Below, one piece after another: positions 18,767 to 27,799 of a stretch of DNA of 52,938 bases. Each line of letters opens with the position of its first letter. Position 1 is the first letter of the stretch. The DNA is from an uncultured bacterium. GTDB taxonomy: Bacteria > Babelota > Babeliae > Babelales > RVW-14. Below the pieces are notes generated by a model. The model worked only from the letters and a program-made list of their open reading frames with translations. It had not been told where the DNA came from and searched no databases. The DNA lies in NCBI GenBank assembly GCA_903825355.1, contig CAIKAH010000048.1, positions 1 through 52,938 of the forward strand, given 5' to 3'. The position numbers were made by a program, and so were the translations under genes.

Positions 18767-20230
18767 TTAGGGTTTAGGATGTGTTTTTTTTATCTCTTCC
18801 AAAATAGCGTTTGCTTCACTGATTATTTTGAATTTTTCTGCAAATATAACTTGTTCAGCAGGAGTTGCTTTATCAGGATGGTATTTGAGCGCTAATTTTT
18901 TGTACGCAGTTCGTGCCTCAGCGTCAGTAGCTGTTCTTGGTAGTTCAAGATTTTCGCATGCCATATCACGTACTACCTGATGGGCCCCTTGTACGTTGTT
19001 GTAAACAGCATCAAGTAATTTATCGGGAATCATGGTCCCCGGTTGCCAGCTTGCTGGTCTTTGGTAGGTCCCGAAGTGGTGATAGCCCCCATGATTGGTG
19101 TAATTATTGTCATCTTCATCGCCAGAATCATCAAAATGAAATCCAAATCCGCTGAAAAAATCTCTAAACGGATTGTACCCCCTAGGAGCAGTTCGTACTT
19201 TATTGTACCAAAAGTCATATTCTGGCGTATCATAATCAAATTTGCAGTATTGTTTTCCAAAATATGCTTCAAAATCAGCTTTTGAGTATCCATTAGCAGG
19301 TTCTGGGTGCGCTTGCTTAAAGCGCTCATAAGGATCGTGTGTCCAGCATCGTGATTCAAAGCGCCATCCAGTAGTATCGCCGAAGGAGGTGTGGTGGGGG
19401 TTTCTATTAGCTTCGGTTGGTTCAAAATGAGCAAGGCCAAATTTTACGCTCGAGTACAAAGCTTGTAGGGCCATGAGCGCTACATAGATATTACGCTGTT
19501 TGTTATTTTCTTCTCCTCCTGGAACGTCATTGAAATTACGTAAGAGACGTAAAAATGATATAGCTGAACGTGCACCAAAGTTTAGTTTGCTTGCATTTCG
19601 TAAAATTTCAGTATTAAAATTGGCGTTGTTCTTGCCTGGAATAGTCATAGAAACGGTAGCGCAAATGCCCTCAAGTAAGGCTGATGCTTGGCGAGGAGTG
19701 AGTCCACTAGATTTGATAGACACTGTTTCTGTTGCTTCATTTTCTGGGGTAGGTGAAGCTTTGCATGCAGCTACGACATACTTGCACGTTTGTGCAGCAT
19801 CAACTATAGCCCAGGTAAGGTCTATAAGGTGTTCATCGTTTGGATGCTTGAGTACATAACAAATTTCTTCAACACAGCGCACCAGCGAGATAAAGGCTTT
19901 TTTAATGTTGCCACTGGCTGAATTATCATTAAGCAAACGGCTTTCTAAGGGGACCAGTGCGGCCCGAATGACAGCCGCGGCCATGCCTGCTACCCAAAGG
20001 CGATCAGTAGTTTTGTTCTTGAAAATGTATGGATTATTGTATAAATCATACGGGGTGCTAGCCTTAGTATTACGCGTTATTTTAATGCCGTAATCGTGAA
20101 TGACAAAGCTTGCGCTGCCAATGTTAAAGCCGGCTCCCGTTCCCTTGCCATTAGCTGAAAGGGTTGTAATAGTGAGCGAGAAAACGAGTAATAGATATGC
20201 GAAAAAACGTGATGGTGTCTTTAAATGCAT
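18767..20230 (-). CDS. Secreted modular protein C: shared N-domain + 1 module + C-terminal J-domain
   Basis: Signal peptide; RAALVPLE...ISLVRCVEE...HPNDEH...KLNFGARS shared with A and B; AYKKLALKYHPDK...FKIISEA. Confidence 0.9.
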   Translation of the reverse strand: MHLKTPSRFFAYLLLVFSLTITTLSANGKGTGAGFNIGSASFVIHDYGIKITRNTKASTPYDLYNNPYIFKNKTTDRLWVAGMAAAVIRAALVPLESRLLNDNSASGNIKKAFISLVRCVEEICYVLKHPNDEHLIDLTWAIVDAAQTCKYVVAACKASPTPENEATETVSIKSSGLTPRQASALLEGICATVSMTIPGKNNANFNTEILRNASKLNFGARSAISFLRLLRNFNDVPGGEENNKQRNIYVALMALQALYSSVKFGLAHFEPTEANRNPHHTSFGDTTGWRFESRCWTHDPYERFKQAHPEPANGYSKADFEAYFGKQYCKFDYDTPEYDFWYNKVRTAPRGYNPFRDFFSGFGFHFDDSGDEDDNNYTNHGGYHHFGTYQRPASWQPGTMIPDKLLDAVYNNVQGAHQVVRDMACENLELPRTATDAEARTAYKKLALKYHPDKATPAEQVIFAEKFKIISEANAILEEIKKTHPKP

Positions 20231-20438
20231 GTGTTTTTACCTGAAAAAATAATAATGTTTAGATAGTTGCTAACTGAGTGGAGTAGTTTACCTAAGAAAA
20301 TTAATCAGACAACAAACAGGGATAAATGACGGGAAAAAGGGCATTTCGCTCACTGATGATAAGATTTTAGAATTTAGGAGCGCCATAGCTTTGGTGAATT
20401 ATCTTTACTGGCCATGCCAGCTGATCCTTAGCGAAAGC

Positions 20439-20516
20439 TGGCGTCCCCAGGGGGATTTGAACCCCCGTTTACAGGATGAAAACCTGGTGTCCTGGACCGG
20501 GCTAGACGATGGGGAC
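20439..20516 (-). tRNA. tRNA-Glu(TTC)
   Basis: GTCCCCATCGTCTAG...CCAGG-TTTTCAT-CCTGT...GGTTCAAATCC...GGGGACGCCA cloverleaf with encoded CCA. Confidence 0.95.
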
Positions 20517-20599
20517 GCTACAAAATGTCAGAATTATGAAATGTTGTTCATCCAAACAAAAGGATGACTGCGCCAGGCATAGCTCATGAGAGCGAAGAC

Positions 20600-20675
20600 T
20601 GGTGAGCCGCGTAGGAATCGAACCTACGACCCACAGCTTAAAAGGCTGTTGCTCTACCGACTGAGCTAGCGGCTC
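20600..20675 (-). tRNA. tRNA-Lys(TTT)
   Basis: GAGCCGCTAGCTCAGTCGGTAGAGC-A-ACAGC-CTTTTAA-GCTGT...GGTTCGATTCC...GCGGCTCACCA. Confidence 0.96.
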
Positions 20676-20843
20676 AAAATTTCAAAGCGTGTTTTTAAAA
20701 AAAATCACGTCAACGAAAGAAAGTATATCAGATATTTTTTAAAAAAGAAAAGCGTTTTCTACATATTTTTATACAAATTTAATCTTGTTGCTATTTGGCA
20801 AGACGCGTAGAAACGTTGTTTTAGGGCTTAAAAATAAGGATTG

Positions 20844-22208
20844 CTACCCAAGCAGTTTGCTGCAAACGAAGCAGTAGATCAAAACACCCAGCACGTCCAT
20901 TAGTGTTGCTAAAAAGGGTGCTGCACTATGTGCGGGATCCATATCAAAACGTTCAAGCATGATGGGGATTAATGCTCCTAGTGCCATTGAGGTGACAACG
21001 ATTAAGAAGAGTGAAAGACTAATGATAAAGGCGCTTAGTAATTCGTGGCAGGACCAGTATACCCGGATAAAAGAAACAATACTTAAAACAAACGACATCA
21101 GCATGCCGATATTGACTTCACGTAAAAAGACTTTGTATGCATTGCGCCGTGATATTTCACGTGTAGTGAGGCCGCGAATTACTACGGTTGCAGATTGGTT
21201 TCCTGCATTGCCTCCAGTTCCGATAAGCATGGTTAAAAAGACCGCAATAATCGTATATTTGCCGATTAAGTCATTATATGAAGACAAAATAATACTGGAA
21301 AGGCTTTGTAAGATAAGCAGCCCTACCAACCAGATACCGCGTTGCCAGACTTGTCGCATGATTGGTGTTGCAAAATAACCTTGGTCAACAGGAATAAGAC
21401 CAAACATTTTGTAAACGTCTTCGCTGCCTTCTTCTTTGATAATTTCAAATACATCATCGGCTGTAATAACCCCCAGAAAGTGGTTGTGCTTATCTACGAC
21501 TGGTACGTACAGAAGGCCATAATGATGCATTTGGTTTGCAACATCTTCTTGGTCTTCGTCTACCGATACCACTAGTTCATTCGGGCTCGTTATTTGAACC
21601 AAGTGTGTTTCAGGTTTACTGAGTACTAATTTATCAAGTGTAACGTAGCCAACCAATACGTTATCTTTATTGGTGACATAGATTCGTTGCATAATTGTTT
21701 TAGTATGGCTTAAGCGCTGGAGTAATTCTACGCAGCGACGCACAGTAAACTCTTTGTGGAGCGTAATTACATCGCTGTTCATGCGCCCTCCTGCCGAGCG
21801 CGGATTAAAGCTTAAAAGCGATAAAATTTGATTGCGCTGTTTTGATTGCAACAGCTTTAAATATTTTTCTAAGTCTTCATCCGAGAGAAAATCAAATAAA
21901 TCGGTCAATTCGTCAGCGGGCATGTTTTTAAGCAGTGTAGTTGCCTGATCTAGGTCAAGAGCCACCAGGAGCTTGGCTTGTTGTTGTTTGGGGAGCTTGC
22001 GAAATACTTTTATAGCGATTTCGCGTGCTAATTTTTTAAATAGAGCAAGCTGCCGCTCATCATCCAATTTGTTTGTGAGCATGGCAATATCGGCATAGTG
22101 TTGCGCAAGCAAGATTTGCCATAGGTCTTTGCCTAAGGTTGAGTCTTCGGCTATAACCGCGTCAATGTTGTTTTCTATTTGAAACAATATTTTTTTTATG
22201 GTGAGCAT
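20844..22208 (-). CDS. mgtE: Magnesium transporter MgtE
   Basis: N-terminal helical domain, SAGGRM + CBS pair, GTGGNAGNQS, DPAHSAAPFLATLMDVLG. ATG 22208 preferred over GTG 22226. Confidence 0.95.
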   Translation of the reverse strand: MLTIKKILFQIENNIDAVIAEDSTLGKDLWQILLAQHYADIAMLTNKLDDERQLALFKKLAREIAIKVFRKLPKQQQAKLLVALDLDQATTLLKNMPADELTDLFDFLSDEDLEKYLKLLQSKQRNQILSLLSFNPRSAGGRMNSDVITLHKEFTVRRCVELLQRLSHTKTIMQRIYVTNKDNVLVGYVTLDKLVLSKPETHLVQITSPNELVVSVDEDQEDVANQMHHYGLLYVPVVDKHNHFLGVITADDVFEIIKEEGSEDVYKMFGLIPVDQGYFATPIMRQVWQRGIWLVGLLILQSLSSIILSSYNDLIGKYTIIAVFLTMLIGTGGNAGNQSATVVIRGLTTREISRRNAYKVFLREVNIGMLMSFVLSIVSFIRVYWSCHELLSAFIISLSLFLIVVTSMALGALIPIMLERFDMDPAHSAAPFLATLMDVLGVLIYCFVCSKLLG

Positions 22209-22355
22209 GGCAACTCCACTTTTCACGCTAACAAAACAATCAGGCGCTTAGATATTTGACTTTATTTTACTATATTTTAGGATGAGAATGAACTGTTTTG
22301 CATGTTTCGTTCGGCTCTTTCAGTTAAAACCATTGCCAAAGATAGCTACCAATCT

Positions 22356-23318
22356 ATGAAGCCACATTTTTTGACAACTACTATTATTTGCAGTGATTCC
22401 TCTTGGGTGGGGGAGCGCATAGACTCTTTTTTGCATGCCCGAATACCTGAGTTTTCAAGAAATTATTTCCAGGAGCTTATTGATGCGGGGTTTGTGCTGA
22501 TAAATGAGCTGCCGTTAACCAAGAGCAACTATCGGCTTAAGCTTAACGATAGGGTACATGCAACCCTAAGAACAAAGTTATGTAATACCGCCCCGGCGCA
22601 TGTTGAGTTTGAGGTAATTGATGAGCAGCCAGATTTTTTGGTAATTAATAAGCCAGCAGGGCTTTTGGTGCATCACACAGCAACTAATCCAGAAGAAATT
22701 ACGTTGGTAAATGGGCTGCTGCATCGTTTTCCTGATATGCAAAAGATTGAAGGAAATGAGCGGCCAGGGATTATTCATCGGATTGATAAAAATACCTCAG
22801 GGCTTTTATTGGTTGCTCGTAATGCGCAGGCACATAACACTTTTACAGCGCTTTTTCAGGAGCGAAAAATCAAAAAAACCTATCTAGCCGTAGTTGCTGG
22901 CAATCCTTCAGCAGATGGTCGGATTGATTTAGCTGTTGGTAGGCATCCAACTGAACGACATAAAATGTCGACTATTGGTATTGAGTCACGTGAGGCGCTT
23001 ACGTTTTATAAAGTGCAGCAGCAGTTTTCTACAGCCAGTTTACTTGAGGTTCGGATTGTAACTGGTCGTACGCACCAGGTGCGTGTCCATTGTGCTGCTA
23101 TTGGCCATGGATTACTAGGAGATGAAGTTTACGGGGTAAAGCATCCCTTAATTGCTCGACAAGCCCTCCATGCTTGGCGAGTGGCCTTTACCTTTCAAGG
23201 CAAAGAATTTAGCTACGAAGCGCCCCTGCCAGATGATATGCAGGGACTTTTGCGCGGGCTTGCAGCTACACAGTTCGGTAGAAGCGGTGAAAAAAGCATC
23301 AATCAAAAGTGCCTATAA
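22356..23318 (+). CDS. rluD: RluA/RluD-family 23S rRNA pseudouridine synthase
   Basis: S4 domain, INKPAGLLVH, GIIHRIDKNTSG, TGRTHQVRVH, RQALHA. Start uncertain (22302 or 22356). Confidence 0.92.
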   Translation: MKPHFLTTTIICSDSSWVGERIDSFLHARIPEFSRNYFQELIDAGFVLINELPLTKSNYRLKLNDRVHATLRTKLCNTAPAHVEFEVIDEQPDFLVINKPAGLLVHHTATNPEEITLVNGLLHRFPDMQKIEGNERPGIIHRIDKNTSGLLLVARNAQAHNTFTALFQERKIKKTYLAVVAGNPSADGRIDLAVGRHPTERHKMSTIGIESREALTFYKVQQQFSTASLLEVRIVTGRTHQVRVHCAAIGHGLLGDEVYGVKHPLIARQALHAWRVAFTFQGKEFSYEAPLPDDMQGLLRGLAATQFGRSGEKSINQKCL

Positions 23319-23339
23319 AATTAATTAATGCGTATTTGA

Positions 23340-23367
23340 TTGACATTCACCGTAATGGCCGTATAAT
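23340..23367 (+). promoter_or_regulatory. Sigma70 promoter for tRNA-fMet
   Basis: TTGACA-N16-TATAAT, 28 bp upstream of the tRNA. Confidence 0.85.
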
Positions 23368-23395
23368 TACGACACAATCAAATTGAAATTGTAAT

Positions 23396-23472
<77 letters not shown>

Positions 23473-23582
23473 ATTTATCTTCGATATTATTTTTTTACCA
23501 AATTATATTTTTATACATTCACCGCTAAGTCTTTGTGTGTTATGATCGCTTTTGCACGTGGCGTTTTTAACAACCCAAGATA

Positions 23583-24389
23583 ATGGTATTCATCATGACG
23601 TTTACTATCTCAAGGCCACTACATATTTGGTGGCAGCTTCTCAAGCGTGATTTGCATGTGTTCCGTGGTGTGTATGTCGATTACTTGATTAACACACTTT
23701 TATGGCCAGCACAGGCTTCACTGGCTTTTGGCTATGTATTTCCGTTGATGGGAATGCCGTATACCTACGGCGCTTTTGTGCTACTTGCCTCTTTAGTTTA
23801 TAAATTTTTATACGAATCGTACTTTCAGGCAAGTGAAGTAGTTGCAGACATTAATAATTTACGATCTATTGATTTTACTTTAATTTTGCCCCTGCCAACT
23901 TGGCTGTTATTTGCCAAAAATGTGGCCTATTTTATGATCCGTAGCGTACTACTAGGGGGGCCAATTATTTTAATTGGTAAACTTATTCTGCAAGATCGCT
24001 TTCCGCTAGGCGCATGGTCGCCATTGTATTCATTCATCATTTTTTTGACTGCCAGTTTATTTTTTGCCCTTTTTTCTTTGCTTTTGATAGCTACCGTGCG
24101 CAATCAAATTGCTTTTGAGCACGTATGGGTGCGCTGTTTTGATGTGCTGACTACCTGGGGGAGTTATTACTTTCCTTGGCACGTCCTTTATCAATTTTCT
24201 CCACCGGTCGCGTATATTACCCTTGCTAATCCTTTTACCTTGGCGGCGGAAGGGCTACGCTATAGCTTTTTAGGGAGAGGCCATGCCTTGTCTTTTTGGC
24301 CATGTGTTGGGGGGCTCTGGATAGAAATAATTCTTGTTGGTATAATCGCCTACAAAATGCTCAAGCAGCGGCTTGATTTTGTTGACTGA
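23583..24389 (+). CDS. ABC-2 type transporter permease (no adjacent ATPase)
   Basis: About six TM helices; WQLLKRD at the N-terminus; YFPW...LANPFTLAAEGLR signature. Confidence 0.82.
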   Translation: MVFIMTFTISRPLHIWWQLLKRDLHVFRGVYVDYLINTLLWPAQASLAFGYVFPLMGMPYTYGAFVLLASLVYKFLYESYFQASEVVADINNLRSIDFTLILPLPTWLLFAKNVAYFMIRSVLLGGPIILIGKLILQDRFPLGAWSPLYSFIIFLTASLFFALFSLLLIATVRNQIAFEHVWVRCFDVLTTWGSYYFPWHVLYQFSPPVAYITLANPFTLAAEGLRYSFLGRGHALSFWPCVGGLWIEIILVGIIAYKMLKQRLDFVD

Positions 24390-24415
24390 TTAACCTTTTT
24401 TATCCTTTCTGCTAT

Positions 24416-25231
24416 ATGAAAATACTACGATCTCCTGTGGTCATTGCATTGTTATTTTGTCTTGCTTCGTATGGGTATTCTGCTCATGATGGTGATATTG
24501 AAAGAGCTGATAGCATTAACGGATCAGCTTTTTACGCGAATTTTTGGGACCGTTTCAAAACAACAGGGGCGATTGCCCCCAGTTCTCGTTTTTTGGCCCG
24601 TGAAATTACTAAAGATATTGCGCTCGAGCCGCCACAAGGAAAAGTCCTGCAAGTGCTTGAGATTGGTGCAGGTGATGGCGTTTTTACGGCAGCCTTAGTA
24701 GAGCAGCTTGATGAAGCTGGTGTTGATTATCAAATTCATGCAGTAGATATAGATCCTACTTTTTTAGCGGCACTTAAGGCTCGTTTTGATAAAAATAAGC
24801 GGGTGGTGATTCATGCGGTTGATATCACTAAAGCATCGAATGCTAGAGTGTTTGGTTTTTCTGCAGCATTTACTTTTGATGTTATTATTTCAGGCTTGCC
24901 ACATTACGCTGATTTTTTTAGTGCACAAGCGGTTGATGCTATTTTTACCAATTATAAAAAGTTACTTAAGCAGGGTGGGCTCTTGCGTTGGTTTTCATAT
25001 GTTGCTGCGGCAACATTTGCAGACTTAAAACATCTATTGCAGGGAGTAACTGATGGAGAGCGCCTAGATTTTGAAAAGAAATGTGCTGTAATTAATAATT
25101 TTAAAAACAATAATGGGGTTACTTCATCGGAGCCTATTTTATTAAATTGGCCTCCAGCCCGTGTATATGAATGCCGTATATTCCATCAACCATGCAGTCC
25201 GCGACGCAGTCCGCGTCTGCAGGCAGTATAA
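24416..25231 (+). CDS. Secreted class I SAM methyltransferase, phospholipid N-methyltransferase (PmtA)-like
   Basis: TGAIAPSSRFLAREI, VLEIGAGDGVFT, DVIISGLP and NWPPARVY motifs; signal peptide; C-terminal SPRRSPRLQAV. Confidence 0.82.
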   Translation: MKILRSPVVIALLFCLASYGYSAHDGDIERADSINGSAFYANFWDRFKTTGAIAPSSRFLAREITKDIALEPPQGKVLQVLEIGAGDGVFTAALVEQLDEAGVDYQIHAVDIDPTFLAALKARFDKNKRVVIHAVDITKASNARVFGFSAAFTFDVIISGLPHYADFFSAQAVDAIFTNYKKLLKQGGLLRWFSYVAAATFADLKHLLQGVTDGERLDFEKKCAVINNFKNNNGVTSSEPILLNWPPARVYECRIFHQPCSPRRSPRLQAV

Positions 25232-25414
25232 GAAATAATAATTCAAATACGTATTTCTAAAAAAATCTTATTGTCGCTGAAAAGCTTGGTTTAGATGACT
25301 ATCCCACACAAAATATAATTTTTATGTAGGTTGCTTCATTTCTGTTGCTATGATACAAAATGCAGCTATTCATAATTTGTTACTGCGTCATGTATACACA
25401 CCAAAGGAAGCAAC

Positions 25415-26188
25415 ATGCACAAAAAGCGAGCATTATGGCTAATCGTACTAGTCGTTATGATGGGAATTGTATTGCAGGCATCCCATGTTGAAAATGAAGA
25501 ATCGCTGCAGAATACGACTGACGTGATAGCAGAAGAGTGGGCAGTGCCAGTAGCAGAAGAGGAATGCCCTATTCTTCGCTGGGCAATGGCAACAGCTGGC
25601 AATCTTATTTTACAGCTTCCTCTAAAACAGACGGGAAAATTTTGTCTGGATGTCAGCCTCAAGCAACTGCAGCTTCCTAAAGACGAATGCTTGCTTTTTA
25701 AACAGCTTGTAACTTTAGCAAATAATCTCTTAGCTGAATCATGGCCAGTAACGGTTATGCCATTTGGTGCGACGAGTACTACCGGGATAGAGTATTATAC
25801 ATTGCAGCTTGTTTCTGATGATTCCGTAATGCTTGTTTGGTTACCTGAAGGGCTGCGCCATGCTTTTGCGACTGTAATCAGTTTGGTAAGAAGCGGGTGG
25901 GCGGCGGCTAACGCAGTTGATGATTTATTTGAACTTTTACAAAAGCGACCAGAACTTGGTACTGCGTATAATTTTTATAAAAAAACGGGCACTTTAGGCG
26001 GGAGAGAAGACCGCTTACTATACTATCTGGCTAAGCTAGGAGGGCTAACAGAAGATGATATAGTGGTAGGGGATTTATACTTAGACGATCACTGTTTTCC
26101 TGTTGCTTCGCAAGCGCATCCGTATATTTTTATAAAAAAAGACAGAATGGGTGACGTGCAAGCAGTATTACAGCTAGCGCCAGAATAA
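25415..26188 (+). CDS. Secreted hypothetical protein (distant paralogue of 26221-27144)
   Basis: AAGGA upstream of ATG; signal peptide; GW..A, ED.L..[YF]L and Y..IKKD motifs shared with the neighbour. Confidence 0.78.
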   Translation: MHKKRALWLIVLVVMMGIVLQASHVENEESLQNTTDVIAEEWAVPVAEEECPILRWAMATAGNLILQLPLKQTGKFCLDVSLKQLQLPKDECLLFKQLVTLANNLLAESWPVTVMPFGATSTTGIEYYTLQLVSDDSVMLVWLPEGLRHAFATVISLVRSGWAAANAVDDLFELLQKRPELGTAYNFYKKTGTLGGREDRLLYYLAKLGGLTEDDIVVGDLYLDDHCFPVASQAHPYIFIKKDRMGDVQAVLQLAPE

Positions 26189-26220
26189 ATAAAGCGTTCT
26201 TAAGAAAAGCGAAAAATTAA

Positions 26221-27144
26221 ATGAATATAAAGTTTTTTACGTGGTTATTAGTAATGTTGTGTGTAGCTTCTGCCCCAGCAAGGGGTGCCCGTCGGCAAAG
26301 CCGGCGGTGTCAAGGGCTAGCCCCTGAGTATGGGCTGTTGGAGCATAAATCTCGCAAGCGACGAGTTGTTACGGTTCAACCAGAGCCAAATCCGTATGCC
26401 GTGCACTATGTGCAAGAAACGGGCGAAGAGGTACCTATGTGCACCAAGGCACGGACACTGGATGAAATTCCAGCATACTGCGCGTGGCTTGCATATCAGT
26501 TGATTCAGCAACCAATTTTTACGGGTGGCGGAGCAATACATCGACCTGTAATATTTTTGCCAGGAATTCCTTGGGATAGTTGTCGTATCATCGAAATTTG
26601 CAGTAGGAATACTCGTAGTTTACTGGGTGCATATTATTGGGATATTAATGCGGTTGGTTGTGGCTATAATTGGCGATTTTCTGCGGATAGAAAGATTTAT
26701 TATGGTGAAGGTATAGAGCTTTGGTTAGATCAAGAAAATTACTTAGCACAAATCAATAATCTAAAATCTCATCTGTTTGAATTTTATGTAGGCTTTCATA
26801 CCATGATTGCTGAATTAAAAACGGGTTGGGTACAAGCGGATCCAAAGGCGTATCCTGATCTGTTCCATACGAAAGATGAAAAAGAATATCTGTTTTTTCT
26901 CAAGCCAGAGCAACGTCTAGCGCAAGAAGAAGACACCCTGGTAAGATTTTTAGTTTCGTATTTTAATCAAGGCGCGAATGTAAGTTGTTATGATTATTGG
27001 CGCTTAACGCCTGAATACACATCGCATGTTCGACACCAATTATACCTCTGGATCAAAAAAGATGCCTTCGCTGAATTTCAGCGCATTTTTAATTTCGAAT
27101 TTACCCTGTTACCAGCTGAAGAAGAGACTATCGCAAGCGCTTAA
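26221..27144 (+). CDS. Secreted hypothetical protein with basic N-terminal segment
   Basis: Signal peptide followed by RRQSRRCQGLAPEYG and KSRKRR; 307-aa ORF. Confidence 0.78.
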   Translation: MNIKFFTWLLVMLCVASAPARGARRQSRRCQGLAPEYGLLEHKSRKRRVVTVQPEPNPYAVHYVQETGEEVPMCTKARTLDEIPAYCAWLAYQLIQQPIFTGGGAIHRPVIFLPGIPWDSCRIIEICSRNTRSLLGAYYWDINAVGCGYNWRFSADRKIYYGEGIELWLDQENYLAQINNLKSHLFEFYVGFHTMIAELKTGWVQADPKAYPDLFHTKDEKEYLFFLKPEQRLAQEEDTLVRFLVSYFNQGANVSCYDYWRLTPEYTSHVRHQLYLWIKKDAFAEFQRIFNFEFTLLPAEEETIASA

Positions 27145-27790
27145 CCAACGCTTCTAGTTCATCTTTAACCATCAGCAAATGACGGCTATGCTTTTCACAC
27201 GTGGTGCATGGTGCAATGCTCGCGGGAACATGAGCATTGTCTTCGTGATGGCACGTGCGAACCACTGGCTGCGCGTCAATATGGGCGCCTTCAATAGTTT
27301 CTGGTGTGCTAACTTCATGTGGGGTTATAGCAATCGTTTCTAGCGGCGATTCCACCGCAGGTTGTACGCTCAGTGCAACAGGGATTACTTCAACAACCGG
27401 TTCTTTTGAATCGCCTTGAAGAGGTAGGGCTACTGCTTCTGTAGCAGGGCTAGAAGTTTCTACGATGGCGGATGGGGCGGCTATCGTTGCTGGTACTGGG
27501 GTAGCAATAGGGGCGCATTCTTTAAGAAGTAACGGTAACTGCTTGCGTGCCCCTTCAATTGTATAACCTTGATTGTGCAACAAATCTTTGATGATTTGGA
27601 ATATACGTAAGTCGGCAGTGGTATAAAAGCGATGTCCTCCTTCAGAGCGTTCGGCAGAAAGTCCAAATTCCTGTTCCCAAAAGCGGATAACAAATTTTTT
27701 AACTTTAAGTTCGTTAGCTAAATCACCAATACGGAATTGGCGTTGTCCCATGCTAATGGTATGTGGTTGCATGCCCCTCTCCTTCATCAT
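27128..27790 (-). CDS. MerR-family HTH regulator with P/A/E/V-rich extension
   Basis: FRIGDLANEL.VKKFVIRFWEQEF...RSEGGHRFYT...IKDLLHNQGYTIEGARKQL. Confidence 0.9.
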   Translation of the reverse strand: MMKERGMQPHTISMGQRQFRIGDLANELKVKKFVIRFWEQEFGLSAERSEGGHRFYTTADLRIFQIIKDLLHNQGYTIEGARKQLPLLLKECAPIATPVPATIAAPSAIVETSSPATEAVALPLQGDSKEPVVEVIPVALSVQPAVESPLETIAITPHEVSTPETIEGAHIDAQPVVRTCHHEDNAHVPASIAPCTTCEKHSRHLLMVKDELEALVKRLR

Positions 27791-27799
27791 CTGCGATTG

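Noticed and set aside
15435-19440. Repeated alternative-frame ORFs beginning MALLI (15435-15800, 17600-17965, 19030-19440) and antisense ORFs
   Set aside because: They recur because the main genes are paralogous; conservation follows the main frame and no RBS is evident.
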